Assembly (NCBI GenBank): GCA_964408125.1 | Contig: CAYOYC010000003.1 | Coordinates: 1-41,158 of the forward strand | DNA: 41,158 nucleotides | Source of the DNA: Candidatus Woesearchaeota archaeon | GTDB lineage: Archaea > Nanobdellota > Nanobdellia > Pacearchaeales > GW2011-AR1 | Direction of reading: 5' to 3' | Notes under the pieces: generated by a model | Told to the model about the DNA's origin: nothing | The model's input: only the letters and a program-made list of their open reading frames with translations | Database searches by the model: none | Translations under genes and position numbers: made by a program | In this document: positions 1-9,523 of the stretch, piece by piece | Position numbering within the stretch: the stretch's first letter is position 1 | Layout of the letters: each line of letters begins with the position of its first letter

Positions 1-498
1 CCTTGTTGTGGGAAAACTACGTTGTTGAATAATTTAGCTGCGCGATCTTATCAAGTCGTTCCAGAAGCTGCTAGGATGGTTATTGAAGAGGAACAAAGAA
101 GAGGGTCTAGTTGTTTGCCTTGGAACAATCTTTATGAATTTCAAGAGAAGACTGCTGAAAGAATTTTGGATTTAGAACATTCGTTTGAGGATTCATTATT
201 ATTTTGTGATCGAGGTATTGTGGATGGGCATGGTTATGCAATGAATGGAGAAGTTAGCACTCCGGAGATAATATCTGACTTGGGAATAAAGAGATACGAT
301 TTGATTTTTATTTTAGAACCTGTTCCTGTTTATCAAAAGGATGAATCGAGAAAAGAGAGTCTTGCAGAGGGGAGAAAAATACATCAAGCAATTTGGAATG
401 CTTACAAAGAATTTGGGTATAATCCTATTTCAGTTCCAGTAATGGGTATTCAAGAAAGGGCAGATTATTTTGTTAAACTAATGGGTGGGCTGATATGA
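1..498 (+). CDS. P-loop NTPase, AAA_28/NadR-like family (5' end cut by window edge)
   Basis: Frame 1 is open from base 1 and reads PCCGKTTLL (end of Walker A), then VVPEAAR, FCDRG and YDLIFILEP motifs typical of AAA_28. The track start at 22 is not the true start. Confidence 0.75.
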   Translation, partial: PCCGKTTLLNNLAARSYQVVPEAARMVIEEEQRRGSSCLPWNNLYEFQEKTAERILDLEHSFEDSLLFCDRGIVDGHGYAMNGEVSTPEIISDLGIKRYDLIFILEPVPVYQKDESRKESLAEGRKIHQAIWNAYKEFGYNPISVPVMGIQERADYFVKLMGGLI

Positions 499-1154
499 GT
501 GATTTAATGAGTGAAGTTGCATATGATATAAGATATTATGAGTCGTTATGCAGCGAATATCATGAAAAAGTTAGGTATAGTTCTAATGGAAATCCAGATT
601 GTTATGGTGCTCATGCTAGAAAATTAGAAAAGAGAGCTGAAAGAGAAGAAGCAGAAAAAAACGGAAAAAAAGTTCCGATAGAAACAGAGGTAAAGTTAAG
701 AGTTAATGAAGATGTTATTTGTCGCTTGGAGAAGGAACTTGGGAACTCGTGGGATGAAGATAAATGGGAAAGACAGGAAAATATTATTTACAGAACGGGC
801 GATAGATTTATTAGGTTTAAACAAGAAGCGGGAGAAGTTACTTTAACTATTAAAGGTAAAAGAGCTTCAAATTCAAAATATAATGAAAGGCCTGAAGTGG
901 AATGCCCGCTTCCAAAAGATTTTTTCCAAAAGGTTTTAGGAAGTGGTTGTGCTGGTGCGGTTGTTTATGAAAAGCAAAGAGCTTCATATGAAAATTTAGG
1001 GTGTGAAATTTGTCTTGATAGGTTGGGAGAACAGTATTTTGTAGAAATTGAAGGAACAAAAGAGAAAATACAAAAAAATATTCGCGAGCTTCGTCTTACT
1101 GGATTTTCTTTAGAAACAAGAGATTATGCGCAGATTGTTTCAGGAAAAAAATAG
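495..1154 (+). CDS. CYTH-domain (CyaB-like triphosphate tunnel) protein with N-terminal extension
   Basis: ExExK motif (IETEVK), LTIKG, and ICLD...FVEIEG; ATGA overlap with the upstream gene. Confidence 0.75.
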   Translation: MSDLMSEVAYDIRYYESLCSEYHEKVRYSSNGNPDCYGAHARKLEKRAEREEAEKNGKKVPIETEVKLRVNEDVICRLEKELGNSWDEDKWERQENIIYRTGDRFIRFKQEAGEVTLTIKGKRASNSKYNERPEVECPLPKDFFQKVLGSGCAGAVVYEKQRASYENLGCEICLDRLGEQYFVEIEGTKEKIQKNIRELRLTGFSLETRDYAQIVSGKK

Positions 1155-1161
1155 GTTAAAT

Positions 1162-1650
1162 ATGATAAAAAGGATTTTAATTGAGGGTCCAGATTGTTCT
1201 GGAAAAAGCACTGCATTAGATAGAATAAAAAATGCATTGGGTTGGGATGCGAAATCATTACATCACCGTGATGGCGATCAATTTCAAAGATATATAAAAG
1301 AATATTGTTCTGCTGAAAATATTGTTTTTGATAGAGGTCATTTTTCAGAAGCCGTTTATGGGCAGATGTGGAGAGGGGGAAACCCTTTTTCTAGTCAAGA
1401 ATTTGATTTTTTAAATTTTTATCTAAGGAGAGAAGGGATTATTATTTTTGCTTTACCTCCTGAAGAGACTTTGGTAAGTCGCTATCGTTCAAGAAATTTT
1501 TCACAGCAAATAAAAGAAAGCGAACTTGCATTAGCTCGTGATTTATTTCTAGAAAAATCTAAAAATGTTCCTCATATATTTTACACTTCTTCATCGTTTA
1601 ATGAACTAGATGGCTTGGTTAAAAATGTTCTAAGGAGGGTTAATGGTTAA
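1162..1650 (+). CDS. Thymidylate/dNMP kinase-like P-loop protein
   Basis: ILIEGPDCSGKST Walker A and FDRGHFSEAVYG motif. ATG 1162 is preferred over the track start 1126 because it follows the upstream stop at 1154. Confidence 0.7.
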   Translation: MIKRILIEGPDCSGKSTALDRIKNALGWDAKSLHHRDGDQFQRYIKEYCSAENIVFDRGHFSEAVYGQMWRGGNPFSSQEFDFLNFYLRREGIIIFALPPEETLVSRYRSRNFSQQIKESELALARDLFLEKSKNVPHIFYTSSSFNELDGLVKNVLRRVNG

Positions 1651-2356
1651 ACTATATGTTCTTCCCGTTGAATCTGCATGTAATGCTATTTGTCCTTACT
1701 GTGTGAATCAATTTCGTAATCTTGGAGATTCTTTTTTGTCTGTTAAGGGATTGGAAAGATGTTTGAAAGATATCGATTCTCTAGAGAGTATAGAAATTAG
1801 CGGGGGTGGAGAACCTACCTTACATCCACAAATAGAAAAAATTATATGCTTGTGTGCAAGCAAAGCAAGAACGCAGATGTATACTAATGGTTCGATTGTT
1901 AGTTCTTTATCTGATGATGTGTTGAGAAAACTTAATCCTATTTGTATTTCTAGGGCTCATTATGATTCTAAAAAAAATAAAGAGATTATGGGAGTTAATT
2001 ATTCTGATGAAATTTTTTCAAGAGGATTGAATATTAAAATTTCTGCAGTCTTGTTTGCAGATGGAGTTAACTTACCTGAAGAGGCAGAGCAATATATTTT
2101 CTGGGCAAAGGGGAAGGCTAAAAAAGTTGTTTTTAGGCCATTATTTGAGGATGTAAATTATTCTACAGATGTTAAATCTAAGTTTGTTTCTCTTGATTCT
2201 TTTTCAAAATATTTTGGATTTAGTATACAGCAAGGTAAAAATGTTCAAATGGATTTGGATGGTGTGGATGTAGAGTTTGAAGTTAGATCATGTAGTTGTG
2301 AAAATACAAATCCTATTTTGCATGCAAATGGAAAATTAAATCATACTTGGGATTAA
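1643..2356 (+). CDS. Small radical SAM enzyme, function unknown
   Basis: CxxxCxxC (CNAICPYC), GGGEP and YTNG motifs; 237 aa. Confidence 0.8.
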   Translation: MVKLYVLPVESACNAICPYCVNQFRNLGDSFLSVKGLERCLKDIDSLESIEISGGGEPTLHPQIEKIICLCASKARTQMYTNGSIVSSLSDDVLRKLNPICISRAHYDSKKNKEIMGVNYSDEIFSRGLNIKISAVLFADGVNLPEEAEQYIFWAKGKAKKVVFRPLFEDVNYSTDVKSKFVSLDSFSKYFGFSIQQGKNVQMDLDGVDVEFEVRSCSCENTNPILHANGKLNHTWD

Positions 2357-2357
2357 A

Positions 2358-2879
2358 ATGATATTAACAGGTGAAGAAATTAAAAAACAAGTAGGTCTCG
2401 GGAGAATACATATTTCTCCATTTATTGAAGAAAATCTAAATCCTAATAGTTATAATTTTCGGCTTGGAAATAAATTAAAAGTTTATAAAAGTGATTGTTT
2501 AGATTCTGCGATTGAAAATGATTTTGATGAAATAACTATTCCCGAAGAAGGTTATTTTTTAGAGCCAAATAAACTTTATTTGGGACATACTATTGAGGAA
2601 ATGGGTTCAGATTTTTATGCTCCTACAATACAGGCAAGGAGCTCTGTGGGGAGATTAGGGCTATTTATCTACCTTAATTCAGGGTTAGGGGATATTGGTT
2701 TTAAAAAACAGTGGACTCTCGAATTACAGTCTATTCATAAACTAAAGGTTTATCCAGGTATGAAAGTTGGGCAGATGTTATTTTGGCAACCTGTTGGAGA
2801 TATAATTTTGTATAATGGAAAATATAAAAATTCTATTGGACCTCAAACAAGCCAGATATGGAAAGATTTTAAAAAATAA
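2358..2879 (+). CDS. dcd: dCTP deaminase (trimeric dUTPase-like family)
   Basis: NPNSYNFRLG, ARSSVGRLGL, TLEL, PGMKVGQ and YNGKY motifs. Confidence 0.85.
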   Translation: MILTGEEIKKQVGLGRIHISPFIEENLNPNSYNFRLGNKLKVYKSDCLDSAIENDFDEITIPEEGYFLEPNKLYLGHTIEEMGSDFYAPTIQARSSVGRLGLFIYLNSGLGDIGFKKQWTLELQSIHKLKVYPGMKVGQMLFWQPVGDIILYNGKYKNSIGPQTSQIWKDFKK

Positions 2880-2992
2880 TTATTTTTTAGCTTCCATAAA
2901 TAAAAAGGAGAAGGTCATTTAAATTAAAGATTTAAGATTATGGAAAAATAAATGTAAGATGTTTAGTTTTAATTGAGCGGTTATGAGAATAA

Positions 2993-3000
2993 TTTATAAA
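2993..3000 (+). promoter_or_regulatory. TATA box of the cyclase-family gene
   Basis: TTTATAAA starting 29 nt before ATG 3022. Confidence 0.6.
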
Positions 3001-3021
3001 GATAGCTTACTATGATCTTTG

Positions 3022-3666
3022 ATGAAGACTTTTAAGATTATAGATTTATCTACGGAGATTTCTTCAAATATGATCTCAATTCCTAAAAAAGAACATATAA
3101 AAACAAGATTAGATGAAGTTTCCACCTTAAAGAGAGATAAGATTAAAAGAACAATGTTGCATTGCAGTTGTCATTGTGGGACTCATATGGATGCGCCAAG
3201 CCATATTATTCCTTCAAAAATATCTATAGATAAGGTGGATTACAATAACTTTATTGGTTCTGCAATTAAAATAAAAATTTTGGCTAAATCTGGTCAAGAA
3301 ATTAAAATTAATGATTTGAAATTACCAGATAAAAAATATAATTTTCTGATACTTGAAACTGGTTGGTGCCAACATTGGGGTCTAAATGATTATTATCTTA
3401 ATTATCCTTATTTATCTGAAAGTTCAATTAAATTTATTTGTACTCTTCCTATAATAGGTCTAATTATAGATCTTCCAAGTTTAGATAGGTTCGGGGATGA
3501 TTCTTTCAAAAATCATAAGTTGATTTTTAGAAAAAATCTGATGGTGGTTGAATCGGCGATTAATTTGAATAAGCTTCCAAGTAATAGCTTATTTCAAGTT
3601 TATACCTTTCCATTAAAACTAGTGGGTGCTGAAGCTTCTCCTTGCAGGGTCATCGCAGCTATATGA
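3022..3666 (+). CDS. Cyclase family / kynurenine formamidase-like metal hydrolase
   Basis: HxGTHxDxPxH (HCGTHMDAPSH) and C-terminal PLKLVGAEASPCR. ATG 3022 is preferred over TTG 3019. Confidence 0.85.
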   Translation: MKTFKIIDLSTEISSNMISIPKKEHIKTRLDEVSTLKRDKIKRTMLHCSCHCGTHMDAPSHIIPSKISIDKVDYNNFIGSAIKIKILAKSGQEIKINDLKLPDKKYNFLILETGWCQHWGLNDYYLNYPYLSESSIKFICTLPIIGLIIDLPSLDRFGDDSFKNHKLIFRKNLMVVESAINLNKLPSNSLFQVYTFPLKLVGAEASPCRVIAAI

Positions 3667-3704
3667 GAATAGTGTAATTTTGTAGTAGTTACAAAATAGT
3701 AACA

Positions 3705-3712
3705 TTTAAATA
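3705..3712 (+). promoter_or_regulatory. TATA box of the accessory serS
   Basis: TTTAAATA starting 29 nt before ATG 3734. Confidence 0.6.
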
Positions 3713-3733
3713 CTCTGAGAATTAAGTAGATTT

Positions 3734-5002
3734 ATGTTAGATCTGAAAAAAATATGTGAGAATCCTGATTACTATCAGGCTTTGCTTAGAAAACGTTCTG
3801 CAGATATAGATTTATCTTCATTGGTTTCAGTATATCATGAAAATATTTATGTTAAAACACATTTAGATGGATTACGTAGTCAAAGAAACGAAGTTTCTAA
3901 AAAAATTGCGGCAATCCGTAGAGCAGGAGATAAGGATGTTTCTCTTGAAGAGTCTGCAGTTGGTTTAAAAAAAGAAATCTCTAATCTTGAGGAAAAGCAA
4001 AAAGTTCTCGATGTAAACCTGAGGGCGCTTGCAGTAGTTCTTCCTAATATCCCGCATGATTCTGTTCCGGTTTCATACAATGAGGGTGATAAAGTTATAC
4101 TCAGATCAAGCGGTCGTGAAAGAGAAGCAGATTTTGAATTGAGAGATCATTTGAGTCTTTGTACTGAGTTAGGTATGCTCGATTTTAAAACAGGATCTAA
4201 GATTGCAGGATCGCAATTTCCCTTATATCGTGGTAAAGGGGCTATCTTAGAGCGTGCAATATTAAATTTTCTTGTAGATAAAGTTACTTCAAAGGGTTAT
4301 CAGTTGATAATTCCTCCGCTTATGGTAAATGAGCGGTCGGCATTTACTGCTGGCGGTTTGCCAAAATTTAAAGATCAGTTATATCATTGTGATAAAGATG
4401 ATCTTTTTATGATACCTACATCAGAAGTGCCTCTGGCTGGCCTTCATTTAGATGACCTATTGTCTGCTGATGATTTACCAGAATATTATACTGCATGTAC
4501 TGCAAACTTTAGAAGAGAAGCAGGAGCATATGGTTCAAAAGAGAGAGGTCTTATTAGGGTCCATCAGTTTAATAAGGTTGAAATGTTTAAATATGTGCGA
4601 CCAGAATCATCATATGAAGAATTTGATAAACTTGTGAGTGATGCAGAAAGTTTAGTTCAGGATTTTGAATTGCCTTGCAGAGTGGCTCTTCTTCCAACCT
4701 CGGATATGGCTCAGCAAGCAGCCAAGACTATAGATATAGAAATTCATATCCCTTCTCAAAAAAGATATTATGAAACTTCTTCATGTAGCAATTGTGAAGA
4801 TTATCAGGCAAGAAGGGGAAATATGCGTTTCAAGGACGAAACTGGCAAAATAAGATACATGCACACTATTAATGGGTCTGGCTTAGCAACGTCTAGACTT
4901 TTTGCTTCAATAGTGGAGAATAATCAGACTAAAGAAGGCGGAATAACAATTCCAAAAGTATTGGTAAAGTATACTGGTTTTGATTATATAGCTTCAAGAT
5001 AG
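3734..5002 (+). CDS. serS: Seryl-tRNA synthetase, bacterial-type (accessory copy)
   Basis: N-terminal coiled coil, PTSE, motif 2 FRREAG...GLIRVHQFNKVE, SSCSNCEDYQARR, motif 3 NGSGLATSR. Confidence 0.95.
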   Translation: MLDLKKICENPDYYQALLRKRSADIDLSSLVSVYHENIYVKTHLDGLRSQRNEVSKKIAAIRRAGDKDVSLEESAVGLKKEISNLEEKQKVLDVNLRALAVVLPNIPHDSVPVSYNEGDKVILRSSGREREADFELRDHLSLCTELGMLDFKTGSKIAGSQFPLYRGKGAILERAILNFLVDKVTSKGYQLIIPPLMVNERSAFTAGGLPKFKDQLYHCDKDDLFMIPTSEVPLAGLHLDDLLSADDLPEYYTACTANFRREAGAYGSKERGLIRVHQFNKVEMFKYVRPESSYEEFDKLVSDAESLVQDFELPCRVALLPTSDMAQQAAKTIDIEIHIPSQKRYYETSSCSNCEDYQARRGNMRFKDETGKIRYMHTINGSGLATSRLFASIVENNQTKEGGITIPKVLVKYTGFDYIASR

Positions 5003-5052
5003 TTTTCTAAGATATTTAAAAGAGTTTAAAAAGGAAAAAATTATATAGTTAT

Positions 5053-5973
5053 ATGAATAATGAAGTAATTTTGTGTGGACTTATTGGTGATCCTGTCGAG
5101 CACAGCGTATCGCCATTATTATTTAAATATTATGCTAAATCGGCGGGGTTGAATAATTACTATCATTTTAAATTCAAAGTTGACAAGAGGGTCAAAGATG
5201 AACTAAAAAGGACAGTGGAAGGTATAAAAGCCTTTTCTATGCGAGGTTATAATATAACTCTTCCATATAAAATAAAGATTATGAAATATGTCGATATTCT
5301 TGATAAACAAGCAGAAAGAATAGGTGCTGTTAATGTAATCTTAAATAAAAATAGAAAAATATTAGGGTATAATACAGATGGTGTTGGATTTATTCGATCT
5401 TTGGAAACTTCAGTAAGAAACGTCCTAAGTACTGATAAAGTGGTTATTTTTGGTGCAGGAGGTGCGTCAAGAGCGATTTGTTCTGAGTTATATGCTAGAA
5501 CAAAAAATTTAGTGATAATTAATCGGGATTTAAAAGAAGGACTTGTTTTAAAGAATAGACTTGAGTTGTGGGGTGGCAAAGGAGTAAAACTTCTTATCTT
5601 TAATGATGTTAATCTGAAGAGAGAGATGTTAGATGCAAATATTATTTGTAATACTACTCCTGTGGGGATGTTTCCCTCTAATGAAGAATGTTTAATATCT
5701 GATGAAACTTTCAAATATTTAAGTAACAATAGAAAATCATGGAAAAATATAATCTTTTGTGATGCAATATTTAATCCTTATAAAACTAAATTTCTAGTAC
5801 AAGCTGAAAAATTAGGAGCTACGTCCCTCAGCGGAGTTGGTATGATGGTCTTCCAAGCAGTAGAGGCATTTAATATTTGGACAGGTAAGCGAGTGAATAC
5901 AAAAACTATAAAGCAGGCTTACAAGTTAGTTAACTTGGCTTTGAAAAATGCAAACAAAAAAAGAACGGGATAA
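5053..5973 (+). CDS. aroE: Shikimate dehydrogenase family protein
   Basis: GDPVEHSVSP, NITLPYK, GAVN, NTDG, GAGGASRA and GVGMMVFQA motifs; TTTAAAAA at 5025-5032. Confidence 0.9.
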   Translation: MNNEVILCGLIGDPVEHSVSPLLFKYYAKSAGLNNYYHFKFKVDKRVKDELKRTVEGIKAFSMRGYNITLPYKIKIMKYVDILDKQAERIGAVNVILNKNRKILGYNTDGVGFIRSLETSVRNVLSTDKVVIFGAGGASRAICSELYARTKNLVIINRDLKEGLVLKNRLELWGGKGVKLLIFNDVNLKREMLDANIICNTTPVGMFPSNEECLISDETFKYLSNNRKSWKNIIFCDAIFNPYKTKFLVQAEKLGATSLSGVGMMVFQAVEAFNIWTGKRVNTKTIKQAYKLVNLALKNANKKRTG

Positions 5974-6436
5974 CTTCTTATCAATAGGTTATTCTAATAA
6001 TAAGAGAAAAGTTGCGGATTATTTAAAAAAACAAATGGCTTTAGAGGTAAACTGATGCATGATATAGAAAATGAGGGCGCATTTGCAGGCACAATATTTT
6101 TCAAGAACAAAATATTAACAACAGTCGGGGGTAAGTATGTGCTGTTTTCTTGATAATATAGAGGTATTTATAACCCTAATTTGGAATAAAGGAGTAATAA
6201 CAATAGAGGGGATTGTGCTTAACAAAATTGATATCTTGAAAACAGTTGATAAATGCATAATTTCAAAAGAAGAAACTAAAATATTAGACTGCTATGGTAA
6301 TAGTCATATAACTTTGATAGGCGAAGTATCTAAAGATCCTTTAGGATATAAAAATGAAATAATTGATTCAAGAAAAGTGTTAAAAACCCCTGAGTTCATA
6401 GAACAATTATATAAATATTCTAATTTTATCAAATGA
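5948..6436 (+). pseudogene. Possibly fragmented hypothetical gene (intact 3' ORF 6137-6436)
   Basis: ATG 5948 overlaps the aroE end and stops at 6055. The -1 frame is open 6031-6153, then the original frame resumes. Both switches fall at homopolymers (A7 6025-6031, G5 6127-6131). Confidence 0.35.
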
Positions 6437-8103
6437 AAATATTAGGTATAAACATTGGAGAGACTCGAGAGGGTATTCATCTGCAGGACGGAGGAGCTGC
6501 ATTAGTAGTAGATGGTAAAATTAGTGTCGCCATAGCTGAAGAAAGAATTACAAGAAAGAAGTATGATGGTGGTTTTATTAATTCTGTAAAATATTGTTTG
6601 AATAGTTCTGGATTAAAACTTAAAGATATAGATTTTTTTGTTTTTAGTAATTGCTGTGACTTGTCCTTAGATTATAAATTTTTGAATAAAGTGCTCAAAA
6701 AGAATAAATTATTTATCCCCTTAAATAAGATTATTATAAATCCTTCCCATCATATGGCTCATGCTTGTAGTACTTTCTTTGCTTCGCCTTTTGATAAGGC
6801 TCTATTGGTGGTCGTTGATAATGAGGGAAATATTTTGAAGAAAAAATATAAGTCTTATTGGAAAAATTCTTTGGAAAGAACTTCTGTTTATATAGCAGAA
6901 GGAAATAAAGTAGAGTTATTATTTAGGATGCACGATGGTTTTAATGAACTTGGAATAGGGGCAGCATATAATTATTTTACTAAATGGTTGGGATTCAGGT
7001 CTTATCAAGATGCAAGCAAAACCATGGGTCTTGCCTCTTATGGTGGGTCGAGATTTAAATTTGTAAAAATTTTTGATAAAGAAGGTAAGTGTTTGTTGAA
7101 GAGTATTCATAATGACAAAGCTAGATCAGTTAGAGAGTTAATATTTGACCAATCAGGAATGGATATAGGTTTAAGGTGTGAATCTGTAGAGGATCCTAGT
7201 GCTCTTCAGAAAGACATAGCTTATCTTACTCAGACAGAGACAGAAAAGGCAGTTATAAGTATAATTCAGAAGGCTATTGCAAAGACGGGTATAAAAAATA
7301 TTTGTTTAGCGGGCGGTGTTGCATTAAATTGCGTGATGAACTATAAAATTATTGATCAACTCGGGGTAAATCTTTTTGTACAACCTGCTGCAGGAGATAC
7401 AGGCCAATGTTTGGGTGATGCTTTTTATGGATATTACATATCTAAAAACGGAAAAAATAGATTTCCCTATTTGAATAGTTATTTAGGTAAGTCTTATTCT
7501 TTTGATGATATAAGCTCTGCTTTAAAAAAATATTCGGCAAAAATAACTTACGTTAAACAAAACAATTTATCTAAAAAAGTAGCTCAACTTTTATCTGAGG
7601 GTAACGTTATTGGTTGGTTTAGCGGTAAAAGTGAATTTGGACCCAGAGCACTTGGAAATAGAAGTATTTTGGCAGATCCGCGAAATGCTTCGATGAAGGA
7701 TACTCTGAATTTAAAAGTCAAGTTTAGAGAACCCTTTAGGCCTTACGCCCCCATTGTTCTGGAAGAGGAATACGGATCTTATTTTGATTTAGATCTACCA
7801 AGTCCATTTATGTTATTGGCTCCTTCTGTTCTGGCAAAAATGAGGGATAAGATTCCGGCAGTAACTCATGTTGACGGAACGTCCAGAGTACAAACTATAA
7901 ATTCTACTCAAAATAAAAAAATTTATTCGCTCATAAAAGAATTTAAGAAATTAACAAGTGTTCCAGTTATTCTTAACACCTCATTTAATATTGCCGGAGA
8001 ACCAATTGTAGAGACACCCGATGACGCAATCAGATGTTTTTTAAATACGAATATTGACTATTTAATAGTGGAGGACTATATTATCCAAAAATGCAAGAAA
8101 TAA
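6433..8103 (+). CDS. Carbamoyltransferase, NodU/CmcH/TobZ family
   Basis: EERITRKK, HHMAHA, LAGGVALNC, EFGPRALGNRSILADPR, REPFRPYAP, HVDGTSRVQT, LNTSFN...GEPIVETP. Confidence 0.95.
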   Translation: MKILGINIGETREGIHLQDGGAALVVDGKISVAIAEERITRKKYDGGFINSVKYCLNSSGLKLKDIDFFVFSNCCDLSLDYKFLNKVLKKNKLFIPLNKIIINPSHHMAHACSTFFASPFDKALLVVVDNEGNILKKKYKSYWKNSLERTSVYIAEGNKVELLFRMHDGFNELGIGAAYNYFTKWLGFRSYQDASKTMGLASYGGSRFKFVKIFDKEGKCLLKSIHNDKARSVRELIFDQSGMDIGLRCESVEDPSALQKDIAYLTQTETEKAVISIIQKAIAKTGIKNICLAGGVALNCVMNYKIIDQLGVNLFVQPAAGDTGQCLGDAFYGYYISKNGKNRFPYLNSYLGKSYSFDDISSALKKYSAKITYVKQNNLSKKVAQLLSEGNVIGWFSGKSEFGPRALGNRSILADPRNASMKDTLNLKVKFREPFRPYAPIVLEEEYGSYFDLDLPSPFMLLAPSVLAKMRDKIPAVTHVDGTSRVQTINSTQNKKIYSLIKEFKKLTSVPVILNTSFNIAGEPIVETPDDAIRCFLNTNIDYLIVEDYIIQKCKK

Positions 8104-9521
8104 AACTTTCTAAATTTGCAAATTTTATCAAGGTGGGCAATTCGTTTTGTTTATATCACTCCTTATTATTTAATACTATTTTTATTAATCCTGCTATCTA
8201 TAGAGCAATTAAGAAAGATATACGGAGTTTTACTATAGCTTATCCTAAACTATTTGATATTTTAAAAACAAATAAGTTGCTAGTTCTTCCGGAAGAGGAT
8301 CAAAATGTTTTAAATTCGCTTAGAGAGATAAAAAATATTCCGGAATATTCTTTATTGAGGATATTAATGACTGATGTATGTAACTTATCTTGTAAGTATT
8401 GTAAGGTCGATCGTAATATAAAAAATAAATTAACTGCCGATCTTAAAAAAGAAGATTTAATTTTGGCCCTTAAGCAATTCCAAAAAGTATCTAACTCGGA
8501 CGTTAAGCTAGTTTCGATAACTGGCGGTGAACCCCTAGTTTATTTTGATAAAGTTAAGGAAATTATAGAGTCCTGTTCAAAATATTTAACTAATTATTGG
8601 ATAATCTTGTTTACTAATGCTACCCTTATGACTCCCCAGTTGGCTAAATACTTTAAAAAAAATTCAATAGGGGTAGTCGTATCATTGGATGGGCCAAAGT
8701 CGGAGCATGATATTGCCAGGGTGGATTTGGCAGGTAAGGGTTCTTATGATAGGGTAATTAAGGGATTTAAAATTTTAAAAAAAGAGGGTTGTAATGTAGG
8801 TATATCTTGTGTTGTGGGAAAACATAACTGTGATAATCTTGTAAATGATATTAAATTTATTATAAACAAACTCAAGCCAGATAGTTTGGGTCTTAATCCA
8901 TTAAAATATCCTTCACCCAAGGATAAAAACTTTTTTCTACTTACTAAGCCGGAGGAATACGCAATTAAGACTTATGAAATTTTTGAATATATACGAAAAA
9001 AAGGCATATTCTTGGAGCAAATAAATAGGAGATTGACTCCCTTTGTTGAAAAAAAGTTTAAATTTTATGAATGCGGAGGGTGTAGTGGTAAAAATATAAA
9101 TTTAGATGCTAGGGGCAATATCGGTTCGTGTAAATCTTATTTAGTTATGGAAAAGTTATGTCAGCATGTTAGTGAACCCATTAGGGGGAGTAAATATTTT
9201 AATAAGCTAATGAAACGTTCTCCAATTTATACCGATAGTTGTATTTCTTGTTCTGCAATAGGTATTTGCGGCGGAGGATGTTCTTATGAAGCTTTTGTAG
9301 ATAAGGGAGATCAGTTTAGGTATTCTAATCGAACTTGCAAGTTTTCGAAAACTTTTCTTGATTTATTATTAAACGACTTATATCGTTTGAATAAAAAGAG
9401 TATTGACACCAGTTTAACAAATAACGGATATTATTACATTACGGATGAAGATCGTTATAAAATTTATGGTAATGTTAAAATAACTCCCGGAACACTAAAA
9501 TACTCTGTAGGACATTCTTAA
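8091..9521 (+). CDS. Radical SAM/SPASM domain enzyme
   Basis: CNLSCKYC, GGEP, SLDG...HD..R, SPASM cysteines (C...GNIGSC; CISCSAIGICGGGC...C); about 85-aa N-terminal extension. Confidence 0.9.
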   Translation: MQEIKLSKFANFIKVGNSFCLYHSLLFNTIFINPAIYRAIKKDIRSFTIAYPKLFDILKTNKLLVLPEEDQNVLNSLREIKNIPEYSLLRILMTDVCNLSCKYCKVDRNIKNKLTADLKKEDLILALKQFQKVSNSDVKLVSITGGEPLVYFDKVKEIIESCSKYLTNYWIILFTNATLMTPQLAKYFKKNSIGVVVSLDGPKSEHDIARVDLAGKGSYDRVIKGFKILKKEGCNVGISCVVGKHNCDNLVNDIKFIINKLKPDSLGLNPLKYPSPKDKNFFLLTKPEEYAIKTYEIFEYIRKKGIFLEQINRRLTPFVEKKFKFYECGGCSGKNINLDARGNIGSCKSYLVMEKLCQHVSEPIRGSKYFNKLMKRSPIYTDSCISCSAIGICGGGCSYEAFVDKGDQFRYSNRTCKFSKTFLDLLLNDLYRLNKKSIDTSLTNNGYYYITDEDRYKIYGNVKITPGTLKYSVGHS

Positions 9522-9523
9522 CA

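Noticed and set aside
1643-2356. Calling the small radical SAM a prokaryotic viperin
   Set aside because: Only generic radical SAM motifs match; viperin-specific residues could not be recognised, so it is left unassigned.
6053-6055. TGA readthrough or selenocysteine in the 5948 ORF
   Set aside because: TAG and TAA stops follow in the same frame, and TGA is used as a normal stop elsewhere in the window.
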